DNA of 64,000 nucleotides from an uncultured Methanosarcinales archaeon (lineage in GTDB: Archaea > Nanobdellota > Nanobdellia > Woesearchaeales > UBA583), in NCBI GenBank assembly GCA_964351975.1, contig CAYGPK010000001.1, forward strand, positions 85,270 through 149,269. The letters run 5' to 3'. The stretch's first letter is position 1. Each line of letters begins with the position of its first letter. The notes beneath the pieces are model-generated. The model was not told the origin of the DNA. It was given only the letters and a program-made list of their open reading frames with translations, and did no database searches. Below are positions 9,505 to 18,559 of the stretch, in pieces. The position numbers and the translations under genes were made by a program.

Positions 9505-10572
9505 TTATTTAATAACTTTTAATTTGTTAGGGTCAAATTTTTTCATTTGTTTTTTGCAGTTTTCAATTAATTCTTTTTTAAGAATTTCATAATCTTTGTA
9601 AATTACAAATTTTTTAATTTTATTTTCAGTTTCTTTTATTCTTTCTTCATCTTCTTCATCAAAAATATCAGTTTTACTAAAATAGATTTGAATATTTTTA
9701 TTTGATGTATCTTGTGTTTTTTTTAATAATTTTAGTTGACTCTCAATTGAATAACCACAACTTTGAGTAAAGTCTAATACAAAGATAATTTCATTTGCAT
9801 ATTGAGTCACAACTATTTGCGCACGTTCTTCTATATCATTATTTTTATCTCTTCCTAAAAGTCCAGGAGTATCAATTAGTTGAATTACTTTTCTATCATT
9901 TTCGTATAAATAAGAAAACATTAAACCTTTAGTTGTAAAAGGATAGTTTTGAATTTCTACATCAGAACCACTCATATTTTTCATAAGAGTTGATTTTCCA
10001 ACGTTTGGATATCCTGCAATACAAATTGTGTATAAATCTTCAAAGCTTGGAAGTTTATTCATAAATTTTCTAGCATCATCTAAGCTTAAGAAAAATTCTT
10101 TATTTTTTCTAAATAAGGAGTTTACTTTTCCTAAATGTTTTTTCATAAGAAAACCAACAGTTTCTCCAGTTCTTGCGTATTTGATTTTATGTTCTGTTTT
10201 TTGTGTGAATTCATCAATTGTATTTGCAATCCAAATAATTCTTCCAAGTGAATCCTTTATGCTAGCAACTTTAACAGGTGAAGTATTGATTAACTTTAGA
10301 TAAATTTGGTCTACTTTTTCGAAGTGTGGAAATTTTTTATCTATTTTTCTTAAACTAGTGTTTAAATGATTGTTTAGATATCTTATTTTTTGTAATTCTA
10401 AATCTTTTCTTTTATCTAAATTAACATCATCTTTTTGTTTTCTTTGAGTTGAAGCTACTCTTTTGAATCTTTCACCAATTTTTTCTCTTTCATTTGTTGC
10501 AAATTCTTGCATAGCTTTCATTGCTTGGTCAATATAAAAGTCAGCTTTTTCTATTTGTGGTATTTTGAACAT
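9505..10572 (-). CDS. NOG1 family GTPase
   Basis: GYPNVGKS, YPFTTK, DTPGLL, SKTD after a helical N-terminal domain. Confidence 0.92.
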   Translation of the reverse strand: MFKIPQIEKADFYIDQAMKAMQEFATNEREKIGERFKRVASTQRKQKDDVNLDKRKDLELQKIRYLNNHLNTSLRKIDKKFPHFEKVDQIYLKLINTSPVKVASIKDSLGRIIWIANTIDEFTQKTEHKIKYARTGETVGFLMKKHLGKVNSLFRKNKEFFLSLDDARKFMNKLPSFEDLYTICIAGYPNVGKSTLMKNMSGSDVEIQNYPFTTKGLMFSYLYENDRKVIQLIDTPGLLGRDKNNDIEERAQIVVTQYANEIIFVLDFTQSCGYSIESQLKLLKKTQDTSNKNIQIYFSKTDIFDEEDEERIKETENKIKKFVIYKDYEILKKELIENCKKQMKKFDPNKLKVIK

Positions 10573-10687
10573 AGATATGTTAATATAGATTGATTAATAA
10601 ATATAAGTGTAATTTTTGCTAACTTTATTTAGTGTTTGATTAAATGTTTATACAAAAGTTTTTAAATAAAAAAGATGATTATTTACT

Positions 10688-11173
10688 ATGGCTGATTTTA
10701 GTGAAACCCCACTTATGGAAATTATTCTTAGAAGATATGAGAGTCCTCATAACCTTAATGAACGTGATTCTTTAAAGAAAATATGTTTAGCGCTAGGTTT
10801 ATTACAACCTGGGGATTCTAGAGATATTATTGTTGATATTTTACTTGTTCTTGAGAAGGCAAAAAAAGATAAAAAAGAGCTTAGTGCTGTTGAAATTAAA
10901 TATGAATTACTTGAAATTAGAAAGAAAAATGGACTTTCTTTAAATGGAACTGCTGATTCTAATATTAGACGTCAACTTAAAAGATTAAGAGATGTTTTTT
11001 TAGCAGAAAAAGTTAGAAATAATTACAGAATTTTAGAATTTATGAGCTTAGAAGACATTTTTAACGAAAAGATTAAAAAGATAATACTTGATGCTATATT
11101 ATCGCGTAATGAAGAATATTTTAAATATTACAACGAAAACTTTGAGGTAAAGAAAAGTGATAAAAAAAAATAA
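10688..11173 (+). CDS. Hypothetical protein, probable winged helix
   Basis: LGLLQPGDSRD..., SNIRRQLKRL. Confidence 0.7.
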   Translation: MADFSETPLMEIILRRYESPHNLNERDSLKKICLALGLLQPGDSRDIIVDILLVLEKAKKDKKELSAVEIKYELLEIRKKNGLSLNGTADSNIRRQLKRLRDVFLAEKVRNNYRILEFMSLEDIFNEKIKKIILDAILSRNEEYFKYYNENFEVKKSDKKK

Positions 11174-12035
11174 GTTAATTGTTTTGTTTTTGGTTTTATT
11201 TGGACTCTTGTTTAGTTCTTGTTCTAGTTTAACAGGAGATGATACTCAAACAAGTGGGATTAGTATTGGTAAAGGAAGTAGTTCTTCTTCAGGAAATGGA
11301 GTTAGTTTAACTTTTGGGGACAGTAATGTTGACCCTCAGAAAGGATTTGAATTTCCTCTTCAATTAATTATCAATAATTATCAAAGACATGCTATTGATG
11401 ATTTAAAAATTAAACCGACAGGTTTTGATTGGGGATATGTTTCAGGTCTTGATAGAGAGTATAATGTCAGGATGGGCGCTGCTACAGAGTCTGGACCTAA
11501 TCAATATTCACAGCTAATTCAAAGTATTAAGCTTGATGGGTTTACAGGGAGTTATCCCTTTGATCCAACTTTTAAATACTGTTACAGCGCTAAAACTGTG
11601 TTTCGTGAAACTGTTTGTGTTCCAGATAAATTTGGTGCTTGTGATATTTCAGGGGGGGATAATTTTGAGAATGGACCATTAAATATTAATATTGATAGAA
11701 TTTATCCTAGAGGAGAGCAAGACATTTTAGTTGAATTTTCAGTTAAAGATTCAGCAGGTGGAAATATTGTTAATGAGTGTTTTCAAGATGAGAGAAAAAT
11801 GGATTTTGGAAATGTTTATGCTTTGCAAGATATTAAGTTAGGAAGTAGTAGTGGAAATTGTAAACCTTTATCTTCAGATACTTATGTTGTTAACAGTGGA
11901 ACTTCAAAATTTTTATGTGAATTTACAAGAAGTAGTGAGGACCAATACAGTGCTCAATTAAGTGCAGGTCTAGATTATAAATATCAACAACAAGCTCAAA
12001 AGAAAATTACTATTCGTGATTTACAAATAGGATAG
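11157..12035 (+). CDS. Putative lipoprotein (lipobox), Cys-containing beta-rich surface protein
   Basis: KKNK, hydrophobic stretch, LFSSC. Confidence 0.75.
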   Translation: MIKKNKLIVLFLVLFGLLFSSCSSLTGDDTQTSGISIGKGSSSSSGNGVSLTFGDSNVDPQKGFEFPLQLIINNYQRHAIDDLKIKPTGFDWGYVSGLDREYNVRMGAATESGPNQYSQLIQSIKLDGFTGSYPFDPTFKYCYSAKTVFRETVCVPDKFGACDISGGDNFENGPLNINIDRIYPRGEQDILVEFSVKDSAGGNIVNECFQDERKMDFGNVYALQDIKLGSSSGNCKPLSSDTYVVNSGTSKFLCEFTRSSEDQYSAQLSAGLDYKYQQQAQKKITIRDLQIG

Positions 12036-12042
12036 TTAATTC

Positions 12043-12135
12043 TTTTTTTCCCCTTCGTAAAAAAGAATATAACAACAATTTTTTTTAAATATAAAAATTC
12101 TTGGAACATTTTTTTCCCTTCGTGAAAAAGAATAT
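12043..12135 (+). mobile_element. Promoter duplication flanking a C.C-mismatch hairpin
   Basis: tttttttccccttcgtaaaaaagaatat (12043-12070) / tttttttcccttcgtgaaaaagaatat (12109-12135); insert CAA-C-AATTTTT...AAAAATT-C-TTG (12073-12103). Confidence 0.7.
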
Positions 12136-12169
12136 TTATAAATTCTTTTTTTTATAAAATAGTATAATA

Positions 12170-13705
12170 ATGGATATAAAATTTATTTTAAGGTTTTCAA
12201 TTGCAATATTTCTAGTTTTTGGTGTGGTTTTAGGTGGAGTGTTTGGTGCAGCACCTATAACTGGTACTGTTTCTCAATCTGTTGTTCCTCAACAACAGGC
12301 TCAAACAACTGCAAGTACTCCTGCTTCAACTTTAACAGGGAATGTTGCAAATTCTAAGATTCAACAACAAACTCAAACACCCTCCACCAAATATTTAACT
12401 AGAGTTGTAGGTGACAAGTATTTTATTTATCCTTATGATGAGAATACCGATGTTAAAGATGGTATTTTAAATTATGTTGATCCTACACCCGGTGGACCTA
12501 ATATTCAAATTCCTTTGAAATCAGGTTTTGTTTCTGATGATGTGAATATAGCTTCAATAAAAGGAAAGTATAACACAAATAAATTAGATAAAGAAACTAT
12601 TGAAAAAATTCCTGCAACTGAGATAATGGCTTTGCCATTAGCTGAAAAAGAAGCATTAATTAAATTGGCAAATGATGAAGGGGATGGATATTTAAATTCT
12701 ATTTTCTCTGCATTTACACAAAAGATGACAGCTACAACTCTTGGTGCTAAAACTGTAGATGAAGTTTCAAAAAATACTGCTGCAAGTTGTAGTGGATGTA
12801 GTGCTGCTCAATATAATACTGAATATGAAAAGCAATTAAATTCCAAGTTAAGTAATCTATGTAGTAATGCCTTAAACAGTAATAAACCTTGTTCTTGTAG
12901 TTTAAATAGTTGTGATTTAAATGTATTATCTCAATTAGATAAGGATATATATAATTCTATTAAAAACAATTATGATAAGAAAACACAAGTTGAAACTAAT
13001 GGAATTTACAAAGCAATTTCTATTCTTACTAATCCAGATGAGAATGCTTTAAAGGCATCTAAATTATTTGGACTTGATGAAGCATTTAATTTTAAGGATA
13101 ATGCACTATATGATGTTTTTGGTGAGCCATTTCCTTCTAATATTTGTATTGCAAAGATAGATGGATACTTAGATGATCAACAAAACACAAATGGCGGAGT
13201 TACATCTTATCAATTCGGGACTGATGATCCTGATGAAAAACTTTCAGAGAGATCTATTAATGTACGTTATGATTTAAGAGCACAAATGACCAGAGTTACA
13301 CCAGATGCTAAAGTTAGTATTTCATATTCATATTTTGTAAAAGCGCCATTTGAAGAAGATTTACAATTTATTATTGCAGTTTCTTATGTTGCTGATAATA
13401 AAGTTAAAAAGGTTGCCTTAACAGATTTAAAATCAATAAAGGGCGGAGAGAAATCAAATGGTTTTGAAACAGTTGATTTGCCTTTAAATTCAACTAATGT
13501 TGATGAAAATTCATTTCAAATTGGGCTTGTAGCTGTTGATTCAACAAAGAGTCCAGTTTATAGTGTAACTACCCCTATAATTTTAATAACCTCTGGAACT
13601 AATAATTATAATATTAATTCTGGAAGTGGGAATTCACAAGGTAATACTAATGCACAATCAAATGCAAACTCTTTTGGTGTGGAGGATATGCTTAATTTGA
13701 TTTAA
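12170..13705 (+). CDS. Secreted or surface hypothetical protein
   Basis: Signal peptide, Q/T-rich linker, Cys cluster, N/S-rich tail. Confidence 0.8.
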   Translation: MDIKFILRFSIAIFLVFGVVLGGVFGAAPITGTVSQSVVPQQQAQTTASTPASTLTGNVANSKIQQQTQTPSTKYLTRVVGDKYFIYPYDENTDVKDGILNYVDPTPGGPNIQIPLKSGFVSDDVNIASIKGKYNTNKLDKETIEKIPATEIMALPLAEKEALIKLANDEGDGYLNSIFSAFTQKMTATTLGAKTVDEVSKNTAASCSGCSAAQYNTEYEKQLNSKLSNLCSNALNSNKPCSCSLNSCDLNVLSQLDKDIYNSIKNNYDKKTQVETNGIYKAISILTNPDENALKASKLFGLDEAFNFKDNALYDVFGEPFPSNICIAKIDGYLDDQQNTNGGVTSYQFGTDDPDEKLSERSINVRYDLRAQMTRVTPDAKVSISYSYFVKAPFEEDLQFIIAVSYVADNKVKKVALTDLKSIKGGEKSNGFETVDLPLNSTNVDENSFQIGLVAVDSTKSPVYSVTTPIILITSGTNNYNINSGSGNSQGNTNAQSNANSFGVEDMLNLI

Positions 13706-13718
13706 GAGATTATAGAAA

Positions 13719-14063
13719 ATGGCATTGTTTAATAAAAAAAGGATTACTATCGGATTAATTGAAGATATAACTTTAGAAAATGGAACAACTTACAAAGCAA
13801 AGATAGATACTGGTGCTGATTCAAGTTCTATTGATGAAGCTATTTTAGAAAAACTGGGAAAGAAAGAATTTTCTAAACATAAAATTGTTAAATCTGCATT
13901 AGGTAAACACAAAAGAGCGACAGTTATTTTGGATGTTGAGTTTAAGGGTAAGATGTTTAGAGAGAGATTTTCAATTTCAGATAGAACTCATTTGAAATAT
14001 AAAATTTTAATAGGTAAAGATATTTTGAAAAAAGAAGGATTTTTGATAGATCCTAATAGTTAG
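13719..14063 (+). CDS. RimK-associated retropepsin-like protease
   Basis: AKIDTGA.SSSID, DR..LKY.ILIG.D; upstream of the RimK-family gene. Confidence 0.88.
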   Translation: MALFNKKRITIGLIEDITLENGTTYKAKIDTGADSSSIDEAILEKLGKKEFSKHKIVKSALGKHKRATVILDVEFKGKMFRERFSISDRTHLKYKILIGKDILKKEGFLIDPNS

Positions 14064-14098
14064 GTAATTTTATAAAATGAGAGTGGTTAAAGGTTAAT

Positions 14099-15175
14099 AT
14101 GGGATTAAGATTTGGACTTATAAGTTTGGGTAGTAAGTCTTCTAAAATGATTTTAGAGGAAGCAGGAAAACTTTTTGAAGTTGCTGATGAAATTGATTTA
14201 AAAAAAATTGAAGTTAAAATTGATAAACAAACTACAGTTTTGTACAATGGTCAACCTCTGGAAAAATACGATTGTCTTTATATGAGAGGTAGTTATAAAT
14301 ATTCAACACTTCTCTATGCATTATCTGAGGTCTATAGAGATAAGTGTTTTGTTCCTATTGATGCTAATGCACATATAATTGCACATAATAAATTTATGAC
14401 ACATTTATTTTTATCTTCTGAGAAATCTTTAAAAATGCCAGCAACTTATTTTGCTGCAAAAATTTCTGAAACCAAAGAATTTCTTAAAACCTTAAATTAT
14501 CCAATTATTATGAAATTTCCATCTGGAACACATGGTAAAGGAGTTATTTTTACAGAGAGTTATTCTAGTGCAAGTTCTATGATTGATGCTCTTAATGTAT
14601 TTGATCAACCAGTTATTATTCAAGATTATGTTAATATAAAATCTGATATTAGAATTATTGTTGCTGGAGATAAAGTAGTTGGAGCTATGAAGAGAACTTC
14701 TGCTAAAGATGAAGTTAGAGCAAATGCACATATGGGTGGAGATGCTGAGCCTTTTGTTGTTACACAAGAGATTAAGTTAATGTCAATTAAAGCTGCTCAA
14801 AAACTTAAAGCAGGAGTTTGTGCTGTTGATATTATTGAATCAGAGTATGGTCCACAAATTTTAGAAATTAATACTTCACCTGGACTTCAAAAGATAACAG
14901 AGGTTACAAAGAAAAATATTGCAAAAGAAATTGCAAGTTATTTATTTAATGAAACAGATAAAATTAAATCTGGTAAAGATAGAAAAATTTCAAAAGATGT
15001 TATGGGTAGTTTAGGAATTGATGAAATTGGTGTTCGTGAAATTGAAGGTGAAATACTTGTTAGAACAGGTAAGATAGTTTTACCAGAGTTTGCAACTACA
15101 ATGTCAGAATTTACTGATGGTGAAAATGTTATTTTAAAAGTTTCTAAAAATTCTATAGAGATAAGAAAAGAATAA
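14099..15175 (+). CDS. RimK family ATP-grasp ligase with C-terminal AbrB-like extension
   Basis: GTHGKGV, DIRI.V.G, RAN.H.GG, VD, EINTSPG; tail GKIVLPE...DGENV. Confidence 0.9.
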   Translation: MGLRFGLISLGSKSSKMILEEAGKLFEVADEIDLKKIEVKIDKQTTVLYNGQPLEKYDCLYMRGSYKYSTLLYALSEVYRDKCFVPIDANAHIIAHNKFMTHLFLSSEKSLKMPATYFAAKISETKEFLKTLNYPIIMKFPSGTHGKGVIFTESYSSASSMIDALNVFDQPVIIQDYVNIKSDIRIIVAGDKVVGAMKRTSAKDEVRANAHMGGDAEPFVVTQEIKLMSIKAAQKLKAGVCAVDIIESEYGPQILEINTSPGLQKITEVTKKNIAKEIASYLFNETDKIKSGKDRKISKDVMGSLGIDEIGVREIEGEILVRTGKIVLPEFATTMSEFTDGENVILKVSKNSIEIRKE

Positions 15176-15186
15176 TTTTTAAAAAT

Positions 15187-15504
15187 TTATTTAATATCTT
15201 TTTTTGAGAGTGCTTTTATTCTTAAATATTTATCTTCAATTGAATGATTATCATAAGTATTTCCTTTTTTTAATTTTAGATGATTGAATTCATTTAATTC
15301 TTTATCGTGAATGTGCCAGGCAAGTTGTCCTTTTGGTGTTTCAATCATAACTATATTTCTTAGTTCTACTGGCCACTTTTCATCTTCAATTGGATGTTTT
15401 TCTAAATGAGAAGGAAATAATTTTGTTAAGAATAAAATTAGTTGATCTCTTTCCCAATAAGCAATGTCTTTATGTTCTTTATCTGTAAAATTAAGCTTGT
15501 TCAT
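15187..15504 (-). CDS. Hypothetical protein
   Basis: YWERDQL, TP.GQLAWHIHD, YDNHS; His/Asp cluster. Confidence 0.75.
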   Translation of the reverse strand: MNKLNFTDKEHKDIAYWERDQLILFLTKLFPSHLEKHPIEDEKWPVELRNIVMIETPKGQLAWHIHDKELNEFNHLKLKKGNTYDNHSIEDKYLRIKALSKKDIK

Positions 15505-15889
15505 TTTTTTTAGCTTTTTTATCCATTCTAATTCCTTTTAGAGTTGAGCTTGTTTTTAGTGTTTTAATTTTAATACTACAACTTCCAATATTTTGAATTA
15601 GTGCTAAAACTCCAATTAATTTATCTTTTGATTTAGTACTAACTTTAATAATTATTTCTTGTTTTTCAAAGTCAAATTTATCTCTAAGTAACCAAATTCC
15701 AGATTTTCCTAATTCAACAACTCCAAGATATTTTATTAATTCTTCAATTAAATTTTCAGATAATTCTTTAAAATCAAACTGTTTGCTCGATTCAATTTTT
15801 AGTAAAACAAACCTTTTTTTCTGTCTAAGCGTTGGACTTAAAACTTTAAGTTTTGAATCAGCGAGTGTTGTTTTACTATTTTTTTGCAT
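15491..15889 (-). CDS. rnp2: RNase P protein Pop5/Rpp14
   Basis: LSPTLRQKKRF, terminal S(S)TLK. Confidence 0.85.
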   Translation of the reverse strand: MQKNSKTTLADSKLKVLSPTLRQKKRFVLLKIESSKQFDFKELSENLIEELIKYLGVVELGKSGIWLLRDKFDFEKQEIIIKVSTKSKDKLIGVLALIQNIGSCSIKIKTLKTSSTLKGIRMDKKAKKNEQA

Positions 15890-15981
15890 ATTTCTAATAT
15901 AATTAAAGATAATATAAGTTAAAAGGTTTTCCCTTTTTAAGAGATAACAAGTTTTATAAAACTTTAAGCTAATATTTAACT

Positions 15982-16872
15982 ATGTCAGATTTGCATTATT
16001 GTAAACCATCTAAGAATGATTTATTTTTAGTTTTTATAGTATCGGTTGTTTTTTCAGTATTGTTTTCTATGATGTTTTTGAGATTTGATTCAGGTTCAAC
16101 TATTTTTGAAACAATTATTATATTTTTTATTTATTTATTTATTCTATTTTTAACAAGATTAGTTATTATGAAATTTGCAGGAATTAGAAATGCATTTGAA
16201 TTAAATTTAGAATGGATATATTTTGATAGATTTGGTTTTAGATCTTATGACAAATTATCCTATTATAAAAATAAAGTTGAGGATAATACAGTTGGGCTTT
16301 CGATAGATGTTGCTCACTCTATTGGAAAATTAAAAGAAATTAATTATTCTAAAGTTGATAATTTTAAAGGGATACCAGTTTTGTTTATTAGCGTATTTTT
16401 TTATATTTTGACATTAGGTTTTTTTATCTTTCCTTCAGTTTTAAAATACAATATTAAAAAAATTCCTCATTTGTTTTTAGGTTCTAAAAAGAGATGGGAA
16501 TTTAGTTTATTATATTTCTATAATATGGACATTTCAGGTTATAGAGTTAGTAAAGTTTTATTTACTGGGTTTTTATATTATTTTGTTTTTGGAATTTTTG
16601 TTAAATTATTTTTAGGAGATTCAGAATTTTATTATTGGTTTATTTTTATTTTATATTGGTTTGCATTTATTACTTTAATACCATATCCTAGTTCAGAAGG
16701 ATTTCAATTATTTAGTTATAATAAATTTGCTTGGCTTATGGTTTTTACAATTTTAGTTTTAGGAATGATTGGACTTTTAGTTTTTAATAATTTATGGTAT
16801 ATGTTTGGAGTTTTAATTTTTGGATTTATTGCAGTTATGTTTGTTACACTTTGGAAGAAATTTATGGGCTAA
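15982..16872 (+). CDS. Multi-pass membrane hypothetical protein
   Basis: About 7 hydrophobic segments; LIPYPSSEG resembles a degenerate M50 NPDG motif. Confidence 0.7.
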   Translation: MSDLHYCKPSKNDLFLVFIVSVVFSVLFSMMFLRFDSGSTIFETIIIFFIYLFILFLTRLVIMKFAGIRNAFELNLEWIYFDRFGFRSYDKLSYYKNKVEDNTVGLSIDVAHSIGKLKEINYSKVDNFKGIPVLFISVFFYILTLGFFIFPSVLKYNIKKIPHLFLGSKKRWEFSLLYFYNMDISGYRVSKVLFTGFLYYFVFGIFVKLFLGDSEFYYWFIFILYWFAFITLIPYPSSEGFQLFSYNKFAWLMVFTILVLGMIGLLVFNNLWYMFGVLIFGFIAVMFVTLWKKFMG

Positions 16873-16893
16873 TATAACTAAGAGTGATTGTGA

Positions 16894-17463
16894 TTGATGA
16901 TGAAAGGTAGGCGAGAAATAAGAAGTAGAAAAGCAGAACTTGGAATAGAAACTATGTTTTTTATTTTGATGGGTATTATTATGATTGCAATTATAGTTTT
17001 TGGTTTTAATAAGATTTTTTTAGTTAATGATACTTTATCACAATTAGAAGTTAATGATATGAAAAATCAAATTGAAGATGCCTTTAATCACTGTGAAGAT
17101 CCTCTTGCTAAGGGAGATGTTCAAGTTGTAAAATTTAAAAATAATTTATTTAATAGTGTATGTGTTATGAGTGGCGAGGTTACCCAAGATGATTTTTTAA
17201 ATCTTTTATATGAGAATGATATTAGTTATGATTTAAATAATATTGATTTTTTATATGGAGTTTTACGTGATGTTAATACTATTTTTCAAAGTGGAGATAA
17301 TGTAATTTTATTTGATTCTACTTTTATTAAAACTCAAGATACTTATTTATTATCCGATTTTCAAATCACACACAGTTTTAATGTTAATTTTGCATCTGAT
17401 AAATTATTTTGCCAATTTGATAAAGAGGGAGAAGGAGAGTTTGAGTTAAAACTTACTTGTTAG
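16894..17463 (+). CDS. Class III signal peptide (pilin-like) protein
   Basis: RKA/ELGIE followed by a hydrophobic helix. Confidence 0.7.
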   Translation: MMMKGRREIRSRKAELGIETMFFILMGIIMIAIIVFGFNKIFLVNDTLSQLEVNDMKNQIEDAFNHCEDPLAKGDVQVVKFKNNLFNSVCVMSGEVTQDDFLNLLYENDISYDLNNIDFLYGVLRDVNTIFQSGDNVILFDSTFIKTQDTYLLSDFQITHSFNVNFASDKLFCQFDKEGEGEFELKLTC

Positions 17464-17475
17464 ATTACTTAAGTA

Positions 17476-17624
17476 TTTATCAATATATTTTCAAATAAAC
17501 CTTTTTTCGACGATTTTTCTTTTCGCAGTTTTTAAGTTCCGTTGAATCGAGAACTTAAACCTAGAAAATCGTAAAAAAGCTTTACCAAAAAATGGTGTTT
17601 TTATCAATATATTTTTAAATAAAC
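17476..17624 (+). mobile_element. Structured ~95-bp element between duplicated promoter copies
   Basis: 25-bp direct repeat 17476-17500 / 17600-17624 (1 mismatch); nested hairpin with C.C mismatch, loop CGTTGAATCGA and ACCAAAA tail. Confidence 0.8.
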
Positions 17625-17640
17625 TAGAACTTAATAAGTT

Positions 17641-17871
17641 ATGAAGTCAGAAGATATCAAACTTGAGGCAAAAAATATTATGGATAATTTTATGTCTGCT
17701 ATGAAAGATATTGAAGTAGAGAATGATTTTATATTAGAGAGAGAAAATTCTTTTCGAGTAGAAGGAGATGGAGATGAATTAGATGAGAGTTTTAAGCAAA
17801 GATTTTTAGCAAATGCTAAAAGAACAACTGGTGATGCTATTCTCGCAAATAAAGGTGAGTGGGAGAGATAA
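17641..17871 (+). CDS. gatC: GatC-like (amidotransferase subunit C)
   Basis: 76 aa; EAK.IMDNF, FR.EG, FL.NA.., EKG.W-like end (NKGEW). Confidence 0.65.
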   Translation: MKSEDIKLEAKNIMDNFMSAMKDIEVENDFILERENSFRVEGDGDELDESFKQRFLANAKRTTGDAILANKGEWER

Positions 17872-17873
17872 AT

Positions 17874-18455
17874 ATGGTAAAAAAAGAAGAAAACAAAAAG
17901 AAATATTTAAAGAAAGAAGAAGAAGGAGTTAGCAAACAAACTAAATATATGAGTTATTTTATTATTTTTATTATGATTTTTAGTGTAGCAGGTTTTGCAA
18001 TTTTAAGTGGAGGAGGAGGTAGTTTAGGAAGTTCTGGCACTTCTACCACTAGAGATTTACCTTTACAAGCAGATGTTTTTCAAAATCCACAAACTGGAGA
18101 AACTTATTGGGGAGCAGTTCTTAATGGTGAGCAATTTATTTTCTTTAATGGAGTTGAGGGTTATGAATTAAGAGAGGATATGAAAGGGATTGCTTCACAA
18201 ATTAAAAGTACTGAGTTTGTTAATATTTATGTTGATCCAAATTATCAATCTTCTGATGCTATTTATGTTGTTGAGAAAGCTTTAACTGGTCTGGAAATTT
18301 CACATCAAAGAATTACAGGAAATTTGAGTTGTACACCTAATACTTTAGTATTTACAAATAATATGACTGTAGATGGAGATTGTATTGTATTTGTAAGTCC
18401 ACAGGGTGAAGAGTATTTAGAATCAGATGTATTAGTTTATCATTTAATCAAATAA
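17874..18455 (+). CDS. Membrane-anchored hypothetical protein
   Basis: Basic N-terminus and FIMIFSVAGF TM; ATG 17874 preferred to 17859. Confidence 0.75.
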   Translation: MVKKEENKKKYLKKEEEGVSKQTKYMSYFIIFIMIFSVAGFAILSGGGGSLGSSGTSTTRDLPLQADVFQNPQTGETYWGAVLNGEQFIFFNGVEGYELREDMKGIASQIKSTEFVNIYVDPNYQSSDAIYVVEKALTGLEISHQRITGNLSCTPNTLVFTNNMTVDGDCIVFVSPQGEEYLESDVLVYHLIK

Positions 18456-18550
18456 ACCTTTTTTCTGCGATTTCTACTAATCGATGTCACAAACACCGTT
18501 GTATCGAGTGGTTTGTTCCTAAGAAATCGAAAAAAGCTTTACCAAAAAAA
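18449..18550 (+). mobile_element. Second copy of the ~95-bp structured element
   Basis: AAA-C-CTTTTTT..CGATTTCT..[loop CGTTGTATCGA]..AGAAATCG-AAAAAAG-C-TTT-ACCAAAA. Confidence 0.8.
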
Positions 18551-18559
18551 GTTTTTAAT

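Noticed and set aside
17497..18549. Hairpin repeats as a CRISPR array, integron attC array or known ribozyme
   Set aside because: No regular spacers, no RYYYAAC/GTTRRRY boxes or integrase, and no hammerhead or twister core recognised.
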